From NCBI GenBank assembly GCA_035504095.1, contig DATJSN010000070.1, forward strand, positions 12,248 to 76,247: 64,000 bases of DNA, written 5' to 3'. The stretch is from Phycisphaerae bacterium. Lineage in GTDB: Bacteria; Planctomycetota; Phycisphaerae; WQYP01. This document shows positions 1 to 8,794 of this stretch, piece by piece (within the stretch, counting starts at the first letter, position 1; the number at the start of each line of letters is the position of its first letter). The notes beneath the pieces are model-generated. The model was given only the letters and a program-made list of their open reading frames with translations, had not been told where the DNA came from and did not search any database. The position numbers and the translations under genes are program-made.

Positions 1-117
1 TACGTTCTCTGTGGCCAATAAAAATCCGTGCGATCCGTATAATCCGTGGTTAAAAATAAATCTGTGCCATAAAATATCTGATCGCAAGGGAGCTTAATTA
101 CTCCAGGAAAGATTTTC

Positions 118-3069
118 ATGGCTGTTTATCGCATAGAAGTGCATCCTCGTGACGCGTCCGATGATCCCGCCGGCGCCGCGGTGCTTTCGGAAATACGCCA
201 GCTTGGCATGGGCGATGTTCATTCCGTGCGTACCGCGCGGGTGTTTTTGTTGCAGGCCGCGGACGGCATACTGAACGACCAGAAAATCCAGACTCTCGCG
301 CGCGGTCTTCTCGCGGACCCGGTTACCGAACGGCCGGTCATCGGCCATGAAAAGGTTGGCTCCGGGCGGCTAGTGGAAGTGCATCTGAAGCCGGGCGTTA
401 TGGATCCCGTTGCTGCGAGCACTGAACTGGCCATCGGCGATCTATTGGATCTGCCACGCGCTCATTCCGATCAGCCAGCCCAACAGCAAGTGCAGGTTCG
501 CACGGGCCGGCGCTATGTGCTTTCAGGGCATCTGACCGCGGACGCCGCCGCATTGATCGCCCGCAGATTGCTCTCTAACGAAAGCATCGAGGAAGTTTAT
601 TTTGAAGCATTTACGCCCGCCGAATTTCCCCGTGGCCGTCCCTATGAATTCGAGCGTGTTCAAATCCCAATTCGCGACCTGAACGCCGGGCAACTCCAAA
701 CGCTTTCGCGCCAGGGGCATTTGTTTTTGGACTTAACTGAAATGCAGGCAGTGCAAAATTATTTTCGCACGTTGGGCCGCGATCCCACCGACGCCGAACT
801 TGAAACGCTTGCCCAGACCTGGAGCGAACACTGCGTGCATAAAACACTCAAGGCCCACGTCGAGTTTTCGCAACAATCGTTCAATCAAACACCCGCCACA
901 GGCGGTGCCGCCGAAGTCATCGATAACCTGGTTAAATCCACCATTTTTCGCGCCACCAGCGAACTCGCCTGCCCCTGGACGCTCAGTGTTTTTAAGGACA
1001 ACGCAGGCGTAATTGCCTTGGACGACAAGTGGGCCGTGTGTATGAAAGTGGAAACGCACAATCGTCCGTCGGCTATTGAACCTTATGGCGGAGCGGCTAC
1101 CGGCATAGGCGGCTGCATTCGCGATGTGATGGGCACCGGCGGCGGCGCTAAACCTGTAGCCAGCACCGATATTTTCTGCTTCGCCGACCCCAATACGCCC
1201 ATGAATCAGGTTCCCAAAGGCGTTATTCATCCGCGCCGCATTGCACAACGCGTCGTCGCAGGCGTACGCGACTACGGCAACCGCATGGGCATTCCCACCG
1301 TCAATGGCGCCGTTTACTTTGATCAACGCTTTATCGGCAATCCTCTGGTCTTTTGCGGGACGGTGGGGTTGTTGCCGCGCGGCCTGGCCGCCAAACGATC
1401 CGCTCGCGCCGGCGATCGCATTATTCTTATCGGCGGACGCACCGGCCGCGACGGCATTCACGGCGCTACCTTCTCCAGCGATGTGATTACCGAAAAACAT
1501 GGCGATGAATTTTCCCATGCCGTGCAAATAGGCAACGCGATCACTGAGAAAAAAATGCTCGACGTGCTGCTTGAAGCACGCGATTACCCCGGCGGCCCGC
1601 TTTATAACGCGATCACCGACTGTGGCGCCGGCGGCCTTTCCAGCGCGGTGGGTGAAATGGGTTCTGAGACCGGCGCGACGGTCGAACTCGATCGCGTGGG
1701 GCTTAAATACCAGGGCCTGAGCTATTCGGAAATCTGGATCAGCGAAGCTCAGGAACGCATGGTGCTTTCGGTCGAGCCGCGCCACGTAAAAACGCTGCTG
1801 GATCTGGCCGCCGCGGAAGACGTGGAAGCAGTGGACATCGGCGTATTCGACGGGTCGGGCAAACTCACGTTGCATTATCAGGGGCACACTGTCGGTTCTA
1901 TGGATATGAAATTTATTCACGACGGTCTGCCGCGTCCCACACGCCGCGCTGTCTGGCAAGCGCCGGTTCTGCCGCCGGCCAATGTTGCTCCTCCATCGGA
2001 TTACGCAACGGTGCTGATCGAGCTGCTTGGCTCACCAGGCATCGCCAGTAAACACTGGATCATCCGGCAATACGATCATGAAGTTCAGGGGGCTACGGTG
2101 GTTAAACCGTTGGTTGGTCCGGGCGGCGACGGTCCCGGCGACGCATCGGTCATCGCCCCGATTCCCGGTTCACGGCACGGCATCGCGCTGGCCGTGGGCT
2201 GTCAGCCGCGCTTTGGCGACATCGATCCATATCAGATGGCACTCAATGGCATTGACGAGGCGATTCGTAATATTGTTTGCGTTGGCGGCAATCCCGAATA
2301 CACGGCACTGTTGGATAATTTCTGCTGGCCCAAATGCACCGATCCGACACACCTTGGCGCATTGGTCCGTGCCTGCCAGGCATGCTATGACGGCGCGATG
2401 GCGTTCCGAACGCCTTTTATTTCCGGCAAGGATTCGCTCTCCAATGAGTTTTTCACTGAAGATGGCAAGCGTATTTGCATTCCTTACACACTTTTAATTA
2501 GCGCGATCAGCGTTCTCGGCGACGCAGGCCACTGCATCACGATGGACGCCAAAACGCCGGGCAATCATCTTTTGATTGTTGGTGGAACGGATCACGAACT
2601 TGGCGGTTCATATTATTACGCTTTGCGGGGTCAGTTGGGACCCGATGTGCCCAAGGTTGATCTTAATCTGGCGCCACAAGTGCATAAAAAAGTCGCCGAA
2701 ATTATTTCCCACGGCTGGGCCGCTGCGGCGCACGATCTATCCGAAGGCGGCCTGGCGGTAGCGCTATCGGAAATGCTTTTTGCAGGCCGGCTGGGCGCTT
2801 CGATCGATCTGGCTGGCGTTCCGTATACGCCTGCGGCGGCGACGGATGATGTGTTGCTGTTTTCCGAATCGGCCACGCGGTATTTACTGGAAATAAAAGC
2901 TGAGCATTACGATGAAGCGATTCGCGCCCTTCGTGGTTTACAGTTTGGCGTATTAGGCAAGCTGACGGAAAAACCGAATCTGGTTATTCGTTCACAAAAC
3001 GGCGGCACATTGATGAATGAACCGGTCGAACGTTTCCGTCAGGCGTGGCTCAAACCGCTGGACTGGTAA
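118..3069 (+). CDS. purL: FGAM synthase subunit PurL with two fused N-terminal PurS-like modules
   Basis: 983-aa ORF. The body shows FGAM synthase II / AIR-synthase-fold hallmarks (WSEHCVHKT, KVETHNRPSAIEPYGGAATGIGGCIRD, two PurM-like halves, FISGKDSLSNEF). Residues ~1-170 hold two PurS-like segments (YRIEVHPRD...DPVTERP and VEVHLKPGVMDPVA...NESIEEVYFEAF). There is no glutaminase part. Confidence 0.9.
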   Translation: MAVYRIEVHPRDASDDPAGAAVLSEIRQLGMGDVHSVRTARVFLLQAADGILNDQKIQTLARGLLADPVTERPVIGHEKVGSGRLVEVHLKPGVMDPVAASTELAIGDLLDLPRAHSDQPAQQQVQVRTGRRYVLSGHLTADAAALIARRLLSNESIEEVYFEAFTPAEFPRGRPYEFERVQIPIRDLNAGQLQTLSRQGHLFLDLTEMQAVQNYFRTLGRDPTDAELETLAQTWSEHCVHKTLKAHVEFSQQSFNQTPATGGAAEVIDNLVKSTIFRATSELACPWTLSVFKDNAGVIALDDKWAVCMKVETHNRPSAIEPYGGAATGIGGCIRDVMGTGGGAKPVASTDIFCFADPNTPMNQVPKGVIHPRRIAQRVVAGVRDYGNRMGIPTVNGAVYFDQRFIGNPLVFCGTVGLLPRGLAAKRSARAGDRIILIGGRTGRDGIHGATFSSDVITEKHGDEFSHAVQIGNAITEKKMLDVLLEARDYPGGPLYNAITDCGAGGLSSAVGEMGSETGATVELDRVGLKYQGLSYSEIWISEAQERMVLSVEPRHVKTLLDLAAAEDVEAVDIGVFDGSGKLTLHYQGHTVGSMDMKFIHDGLPRPTRRAVWQAPVLPPANVAPPSDYATVLIELLGSPGIASKHWIIRQYDHEVQGATVVKPLVGPGGDGPGDASVIAPIPGSRHGIALAVGCQPRFGDIDPYQMALNGIDEAIRNIVCVGGNPEYTALLDNFCWPKCTDPTHLGALVRACQACYDGAMAFRTPFISGKDSLSNEFFTEDGKRICIPYTLLISAISVLGDAGHCITMDAKTPGNHLLIVGGTDHELGGSYYYALRGQLGPDVPKVDLNLAPQVHKKVAEIISHGWAAAAHDLSEGGLAVALSEMLFAGRLGASIDLAGVPYTPAAATDDVLLFSESATRYLLEIKAEHYDEAIRALRGLQFGVLGKLTEKPNLVIRSQNGGTLMNEPVERFRQAWLKPLDW

Positions 3070-3196
3070 CGCAGTGGATATTCCACAGGCCGTAGGCCAT
3101 GGATTTTGAACTGCAAAAGATTCCAAAAGTCATGACATGAAGACGGAGGAAGTGCATGAGGCGCTCTTTTTTATTTCTTATATTCTTACTTTTATC

Positions 3197-3224
3197 TTGA
3201 CTATTACTTTTTAAAATGTAATAT
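3197..3224 (+). promoter_or_regulatory. Candidate sigma70-type promoter for vapBC (TTGACT-16 nt-TAATAT)
   Basis: TTGACT at 3197-3202, a 16-nt spacer, then TAATAT at 3219-3224. It lies in an AT-rich spacer and ends 6 nt before the vapB ATG (3231). No Shine-Dalgarno is present, which suggests a leaderless or near-leaderless transcript. Confidence 0.35.
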
Positions 3225-3230
3225 ATACGT

Positions 3231-3494
3231 ATGAAGTTTGAAATTCACAAGGACGTGACGATTACCAGCAAGGGGCAGCTCACCCTGCCGGTCAACATTC
3301 GTAAAGTCCTCCATCTGGGCGTTAAACGCAAAGTGCGCGTGGCCGTGACGCGGGAAGGCATTGTTACCATGCGACCCCTGCCTGACGTCATGTCTTTCTT
3401 CGGAACTTTGCACAACCGCATGGCTTATAACCCCAACGAAAAGCACAGAGCGCGTGAAGCCATCGGTCGCCGCGCCGCACGGAAGCCGCGCTAA
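3231..3494 (+). CDS. vapB: AbrB/SpoVT(MazE)-fold antitoxin, VapB-like
   Basis: 87 aa. The N-terminal swapped-hairpin motif (ITSKGQLTLPVNIRKVLHL) is typical of AbrB/SpoVT antitoxins. Its stop overlaps the start of the downstream PIN gene (TAATG, 1-nt overlap at 3494). Confidence 0.8.
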   Translation: MKFEIHKDVTITSKGQLTLPVNIRKVLHLGVKRKVRVAVTREGIVTMRPLPDVMSFFGTLHNRMAYNPNEKHRAREAIGRRAARKPR

Positions 3495-3907
3495 TGTCGA
3501 ACGCCGTCGTGTATCAGTTGGATGCCAATGTGTTGCTGCGATTTCTCCGCAACGACCACAAGGAACATTCTTTGCGTGCCAGGAAGCTCATCGAGCAAGC
3601 CAATGCCGGTGCGATCACGCTGGAAGTTTCGGCGGTAACCGTAGCGGAGATATTCTACGCCCTGAAGGCGTTTTATCGGGTAGATCGTCGCGCTGCCGCT
3701 CGTACGCTTGCGATGGTGCTCAACACGCCGGGCTTCCGGTTGCCCGAGCTTCATCGCATCCTGGACGCCATGGCCCGCGTTCAATCCGCCAATATTGATT
3801 TTGGGGACGCCTACCTCGCGTCAACCGCGTCCGAATCCAACACGCCGATCGCCTCGTTTGACAGCGACCTCGACGTCTTTGCCGACGTGAAACGGCACAA
3901 ACCGTAA
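3494..3907 (+). CDS. vapC: PIN-domain ribonuclease toxin, VapC-like
   Basis: 137 aa. The layout is PIN-like: an N-terminal acidic residue in YQLDANVLL, a conserved E in TVAEIFY, and distal acidic residues (DFGDAYLAS, SFDSDLD). It is translationally coupled to the AbrB-type antitoxin. Confidence 0.8.
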   Translation: MSNAVVYQLDANVLLRFLRNDHKEHSLRARKLIEQANAGAITLEVSAVTVAEIFYALKAFYRVDRRAAARTLAMVLNTPGFRLPELHRILDAMARVQSANIDFGDAYLASTASESNTPIASFDSDLDVFADVKRHKP

Positions 3908-3934
3908 TTTCGTTCGTTTTGAACTACGAAAAGA

Positions 3935-3968
3935 CGCTAAACGTGGGGTGACCTTCCCACGTTTAGCG
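3935..3968 (+). terminator. Perfect 13-bp stem hairpin downstream of vapC (possible terminator, no U-tract)
   Basis: CGCTAAACGTGGG (3935-3947), an 8-nt loop, then CCCACGTTTAGCG (3956-3968). It lies 28 nt after the vapC stop. It is not followed by a T-run, so intrinsic-terminator function is uncertain. Confidence 0.4.
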
Positions 3969-4066
3969 AGTGTGACCAGAGCATCAATTCAAACCAGCCT
4001 CTGACGCAACGCAGCGTCGGTTAAGACACCTTCACCAGAACTTTGTTTCGATCAATGTAGATTATA

Positions 4067-5902
4067 ATGCCGGTGAATGGCTGCGGGCCATGGCGGCGCT
4101 TCCAGAACGAGGAACCGGACTTGGAATCATTTCTGCAACGTTATCGGCGGGAATTTCTGGTTCTGAGCATTGGTGCGTTCTATATCATCGTTTGTGCCAT
4201 TGTTCAGAGACTTAATCATCATGAGGCAGTTAATTACTTTCTGGACAATGTACGCTGGACTATGGATTGCGCCCTGGGCGTTTTGCTTCTGATATTTGGA
4301 TTCCGCGAGGCGGGAAATCAAGACCGTCGCCCGCGGGCGTGGTTCCTGGCTGGGTGGTTAGTTTTCGCCTTCGCTCAGGTTCTCTGGAATATTCAGGTTA
4401 TCGTTGGCTGGGTTCCATTTCCGGGGCCGGCGGACTTTTTCTATAACACCCTGCCGATCTGTGTGAGCATCGGCTTTCTTAGTGTTTTATTCAAGGGGCT
4501 CTCGCCAGGCGAAGCGCGCGCGGTTCTGCTGGATATCATCAGCATTTTTGTGATGTCACTGACCCTGACTCTAGCGCTTTATCTGCCCTTGTGGCACAGC
4601 ACTTCGGCCGCCGTCAACGTGACTGCCATTGTATATCCCGTGTTGTACCTAACAGAGTTTGGAATAGCCGTGCTCACGGTGCTTACGCGGAAAATTCCAC
4701 CGGGCTTCAGCAGCTTACTGGCGGTGTTGGGTCTGGCGATTTGGGCGGCATGCTGGCTGGACTGGAATCTGCGTGTATTGCGCGGAGAAAATCTGACCGC
4801 GACACTCAGCGGTTACGGTTTTTCGGTAGGCAACCTGCTTTGCGCTGCGGCACTGGGTAAATGGCGCAGCGCGGCATCCACAAATCCCACCCTGGTGCGC
4901 TGGGCCTTTCGGGTGCAGCGGTTGTTTCCACTCATTCTTGTTTCCGCAGCTTGCTTCGCCATCGTCTTTGGACACCGCCACTTTGGCAATCTCGTGAGCA
5001 TTGTGATCGACATTGGAGCCGTGACCATGATTGTACTGGCGGCGGCGCGTCAGAGCCTGGTGCTTTTTGAGCAGGATCAACTCCTGGACACGGAACGAAG
5101 GCTGCGCATAAGTGAGCGGCATGAAGCGGAAGCGCGGCGGGAGACGGATCGATTCAAACATAACTTGTCCGTGGCCCGCTCGATTCAACAGGGGTTGCTA
5201 CCAACAGCCAGACCAAAAATCGCGGGTTATGATATCGCCGGGTGGAATCAGCCTGCCGAAGAAACGGGGGGCGACTATTACGACTGGCAGACGCTCGGAG
5301 ACGGGCGGATGGTGGTTTCCATCGCCGATGCGACAGGGCACGGAATCGGTCCGGCACTGGTGACCAGCGTGTGCCGCGCCTATTCCCGCGCGTGTATGGA
5401 TGGAGATGGCCCCGACCTGCGCGAAACGCTTTCGCATGTGAATCGCCTGCTGGCGTCGGATCTTAGAGATGGCCGTTTCGTTACCTTTTGCGCCGCCGTT
5501 CTGGATGCGCCGGCAAACAGCCTGGAACTGATTTCCGCGGGGCATGGACCCATCTTTCACTACAACGCCGCCACAAAGACCGCACGCTCGCTTAGTTCCA
5601 ATGGATTGCCTTTGGCAATTGACGCGAGCTCCATCTTCGATCCTGTGGAGCGCCTCCACCTGGCGCATGGCGATTTTGTCGCGGTTTTTACCGATGGTTT
5701 CTCCGAATGGTGCGACACGAGAGGTGAGCAATTTGGCGTCCAGCGACTTGGAGCGGCGCTTGTTCGTCACGCGGACCGAACAGCGACCGAAGTTCTCGCC
5801 GCCGTTTATGCCGATCTGATCGGGTTTGTGACCACGTCGCCCCAGCTTGACGATCTGACGGTGATCATTATCAAACGAGACACGGCGGACGCCACGAAAT
5901 AA
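4067..5902 (+). CDS. Membrane-anchored PP2C-family (SpoIIE/RsbU-type) serine phosphatase
   Basis: 611 aa. About 330 N-terminal residues form multiple hydrophobic helices, followed by a coiled linker. The C-terminal PPM domain shows ARSIQQGLLP, GGDYYDW, SIADATGHGIGPAL and FTDGFSE. Confidence 0.85.
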   Translation: MPVNGCGPWRRFQNEEPDLESFLQRYRREFLVLSIGAFYIIVCAIVQRLNHHEAVNYFLDNVRWTMDCALGVLLLIFGFREAGNQDRRPRAWFLAGWLVFAFAQVLWNIQVIVGWVPFPGPADFFYNTLPICVSIGFLSVLFKGLSPGEARAVLLDIISIFVMSLTLTLALYLPLWHSTSAAVNVTAIVYPVLYLTEFGIAVLTVLTRKIPPGFSSLLAVLGLAIWAACWLDWNLRVLRGENLTATLSGYGFSVGNLLCAAALGKWRSAASTNPTLVRWAFRVQRLFPLILVSAACFAIVFGHRHFGNLVSIVIDIGAVTMIVLAAARQSLVLFEQDQLLDTERRLRISERHEAEARRETDRFKHNLSVARSIQQGLLPTARPKIAGYDIAGWNQPAEETGGDYYDWQTLGDGRMVVSIADATGHGIGPALVTSVCRAYSRACMDGDGPDLRETLSHVNRLLASDLRDGRFVTFCAAVLDAPANSLELISAGHGPIFHYNAATKTARSLSSNGLPLAIDASSIFDPVERLHLAHGDFVAVFTDGFSEWCDTRGEQFGVQRLGAALVRHADRTATEVLAAVYADLIGFVTTSPQLDDLTVIIIKRDTADATK

Positions 5903-6072
5903 AAAAGCAAAAATAAAAAGGCGAAATTCGTAAAACGAGAGGCAAGATGGCAACGAAGGGGAAAGAAAATAGGGGACAGGTTACAGGAGACAGCGCGACG
6001 CGGGGAAATGCAGGCGGGACGCCTGCGCTCCAAATCGAGACTTTTTTGGGGCCTGGAGAGGCTGTTCCATAT

Positions 6073-6900
6073 TTAATTCTTCTGGCCGTCTTTTTGAGCT
6101 TGCGCCAGCCAGTATTCCGCCTTCTTCGAATCTTCCGGCACACCCAACCCGCGGCTGTACATACCCGCCAGCGCCATGGCGGCGTCGGCTAAGCCTGCGT
6201 TGGCTGCTTTGCCAAACCAATACACTGCTAATTTGCAATCCTGCGGCGTTCCGACGCCTGCGACATACATCGAGCCCAGATTATATTGGCCTATGGGATA
6301 ATTATTTTCGGCGGATTTTTCATACCAAGTGAACGCTCGTTGGTTATCCTGCGTGACGCCCTGGCCGTGCTGATAGCAAAAGCCCAAATCATTTTGTGCG
6401 GCGGCGTTACCCTGATCGGCCGCGCGAACATACCAATAAACGCCCTGAATATAATCCTGCGGTACGCCAATGCCGTCGTGATATATCGCGCCCAAATTGA
6501 GCTGGGCAGATGCTAACCCAGAATTGGCGGCTTTGCGATACCAGTCCGCCGCGGCGGGGATGCTTTTGGCGACGCCCAGGCCGTTGTAATAACAATCGCC
6601 GATGGCGTTTTCCGCCGGCGCACTGCCGTTGCCCGCCGCACGCTGGAACCAGAACATGGCCTGATCGTATTGCCGGCTGGCCAAGTAAAAATCGCCTAAA
6701 TGATATTGAGCATCAGCGATCCCTTCGCCGGCGTCTGATTGGAGCTCTCTAAGCGCTTGTTGGTCGCCTTTAATCGCCGCCTGTTCGAGCGAGCTGTAAC
6801 CCGAGGCGGATGCAGTGGTCGCCGGAGAAGTTGTTTGGGCTTTTGCGCTCGAAAGGATGCTCAAAAAAATGAGCACACAAAGAGCTGTGAGACGATTCAT
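6073..6900 (-). CDS. Secreted Sel1-repeat (SLR/TPR-like) protein
   Basis: The track ORF 6073-7215 was trimmed to ATG 6900, where a signal peptide starts (MNRLTALCVLIFLSILSSAKA). The 105 upstream codons overlap the neighbouring gene. About 6 Sel1 units are present (AQ.xLGxxYxxGxGVxQDxxxAxxWYxKAA). Confidence 0.85.
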   Translation of the reverse strand: MNRLTALCVLIFLSILSSAKAQTTSPATTASASGYSSLEQAAIKGDQQALRELQSDAGEGIADAQYHLGDFYLASRQYDQAMFWFQRAAGNGSAPAENAIGDCYYNGLGVAKSIPAAADWYRKAANSGLASAQLNLGAIYHDGIGVPQDYIQGVYWYVRAADQGNAAAQNDLGFCYQHGQGVTQDNQRAFTWYEKSAENNYPIGQYNLGSMYVAGVGTPQDCKLAVYWFGKAANAGLADAAMALAGMYSRGLGVPEDSKKAEYWLAQAQKDGQKN

Positions 6901-6982
6901 AAAGCACGTTCCGGAGCAAACGCAGATTTTAGCTCCTGAGCTACAACTCCGGGATATGTGAAAACGCCAGCGCGACGAAGGC

Positions 6983-8668
6983 TTAATTTCCGTTGCCGAG
7001 TTTTTTGGCTTGATCCGACCAGTAATTCGCCTGCACCTGGTCAGCCTGAACACCCAAGCCCTGGCTATACATCTTGGAAAGTTCCTGGGCGGCATCGGCG
7101 ACGCCGCCGTCGGCTGCCTTATGAAACCATGCCAGCGCCTGGGTGTAATCCTGCTGAGTTCCATCGCCTTCTTCGTAGCAGAGGCCTGTGTTGTACTGGG
7201 CGGTGGGATTGCCATCGTTAGCGGCCTTTAAATACCACTGGAAGGCCTGGTTTTCGTCTTTATCTACGCCTATGCCATTGTCATAGCAGTGGCCAACGGC
7301 ATTTTCTCCGGAAGGGTTGGCCTGATCCGCCGATTTTTTATACCAGTTAAAAGCCTGCGTAGAATCCTGGCCGATGCCATCGCCATGTTCATAGGCATAG
7401 CCGAGATTAAACTGACCTTCGGAGTCGCCGTCGTTGGCGGCTTTCTGATACCACTGGGCGGCCTGCTGTTTATCCTGCGTGACCGAACGGCCATAGTAAT
7501 AAAAATCACCAATTTTATTTTCGGCCGAAGCATAACCCTGATTGGCGGATTTTTGATACCAATTGTAGGCCTGGTCGTAATCCTGGCTAACGCCTTCGCC
7601 GTGTTCGAAGGCATAACCAAGATTAAATTGGCCCGCCGGATCCCCATCGTTGGCGGCTTTCTGATACCAGGAGAAAGCCTGCTGATAATCCTCCGGCACA
7701 ACGTGTCCGTAATAATAAAAGTCGCCGATTTTATTTTCCGCCGCTGCTTGTTCCTGATCGGCAGCCTTCTTGTACCAGTTATATGCCTGGGTGTAATCCT
7801 GGCCAACGCCCTCGCCATGTTCATAGGCGTAACCGGTGTTGAATTGTCCATCGGGATCGCCGTCGTTGGCGGATTTTTGATACCATTTGAACGCTTGAGT
7901 CTGATCGGCAGTAACGCCATAGCCATAGTAATAAAAATCGCCGACTTTATTTTCCGAAGCCGCATAACCCTGATCGGCGGATTTTTGATACCAGGTTAAG
8001 GCCTGGCTGTAATTCTGCGGTGTACCTTCGCCATTTTCATAAAACTCTGCCAGATCAAATTCGCCCACGTCGTCGCCATCCTGGGCGGATTTACTGTACC
8101 AGTTGAATGCCTGTGTGTAATCCTGTTTTACGCCGCGGCCTTTGGAGTACATATTGCCGATATTGTTTTCCGCCGCGGAATTGCCGTCCGCCGAGGCCTT
8201 TTCATACCAGGTTAGCGCCTGGTCGTAATCCTGACCGATTCCCTCACCCTGCTCATAGGCATAACCGAGATTGAATTCTCCGTCGGGGTCGCCGTTCTGT
8301 GCGGCTTTCTGATACCACGCGACCGCCTGGTTAACATCTTTGGTTTCGCCCTGGCCGTAATAGTAAGCATCGCCCATGGCGTTCTGTGCCGCGGCGTTGC
8401 CGGCGTTGGCGGCTTTTTGATACCACTGAACGGACTGATCATACTGATTGTTGTTGGCGTAATAGTCGCCGAGGTAACGTTGTGCGTTTGTATCACCCGC
8501 GTTGGCCGCCGCCAAAAGCTGCGCCAGCGACGGCTTGTCGCCTTTGATTGCAGCCTGTTCGAGCGCGTTATAATCTGTCGCCGCCATCGCGGTATTCGTC
8601 GCGGCAAGCCAGGCGCTCAACGCCGCAGCGACCAATGTCAATGCAACGTGGGAACGGTTGTTTCGCAT
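6983..8668 (-). CDS. Secreted Sel1-repeat protein (~14 repeats)
   Basis: 561 aa with signal peptide MRNNRSHVALTLVAAALSAWLAATNTAMA, followed by an uninterrupted 36-aa Sel1 periodicity to the C-terminus. Confidence 0.9.
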   Translation of the reverse strand: MRNNRSHVALTLVAAALSAWLAATNTAMAATDYNALEQAAIKGDKPSLAQLLAAANAGDTNAQRYLGDYYANNNQYDQSVQWYQKAANAGNAAAQNAMGDAYYYGQGETKDVNQAVAWYQKAAQNGDPDGEFNLGYAYEQGEGIGQDYDQALTWYEKASADGNSAAENNIGNMYSKGRGVKQDYTQAFNWYSKSAQDGDDVGEFDLAEFYENGEGTPQNYSQALTWYQKSADQGYAASENKVGDFYYYGYGVTADQTQAFKWYQKSANDGDPDGQFNTGYAYEHGEGVGQDYTQAYNWYKKAADQEQAAAENKIGDFYYYGHVVPEDYQQAFSWYQKAANDGDPAGQFNLGYAFEHGEGVSQDYDQAYNWYQKSANQGYASAENKIGDFYYYGRSVTQDKQQAAQWYQKAANDGDSEGQFNLGYAYEHGDGIGQDSTQAFNWYKKSADQANPSGENAVGHCYDNGIGVDKDENQAFQWYLKAANDGNPTAQYNTGLCYEEGDGTQQDYTQALAWFHKAADGGVADAAQELSKMYSQGLGVQADQVQANYWSDQAKKLGNGN

Positions 8669-8794
8669 TTACATATTCTCATTTTTACGTAAAATGGTAA
8701 TTCAACAAGCTGGGTCAACTCTAACCAAGTTCTTGAGCGTTAACAAGGAAAAAAACTATTGATCCGGCAGAAAAGTTCATTTGGCAAAAGTGTT

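Noticed and set aside
733-1959. 408-aa ORF on the minus strand inside purL, plus several shorter ones at 94-847.
   Set aside because: It is antisense to a gene with unmistakable PurL motifs. The translation is Ala/Gly/Arg-rich low-complexity sequence without motifs, typical of stop-poor antisense frames in GC-rich coding DNA.
5198-5953. 251-aa minus-strand ORF overlapping the PP2C phosphatase gene.
   Set aside because: It is a shadow ORF opposite a well-supported PPM domain, with no motif and no SD.
7270-7999. Long ORFs in other frames and strands inside the Sel1 genes (7289-7999 +, 7270-7965 -, 8212-8607 -, 14896-15942 +, 44661-45260 -).
   Set aside because: The 108/216-bp repeat structure propagates stop-free frames. 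Their translations are repetitive (IGGFLIP.., RKPPT..) mirror images of the Sel1 frame. Only the Sel1 frame has a signal peptide and a known fold motif.
6983-8668. The regularly spaced ~108-bp repeats were considered as a possible CRISPR array or non-coding tandem repeat.
   Set aside because: The repeats are imperfect, contiguous with no unique spacers, and in frame, encoding canonical Sel1 units within a single ORF that has a signal peptide. No cas genes are present in the window.
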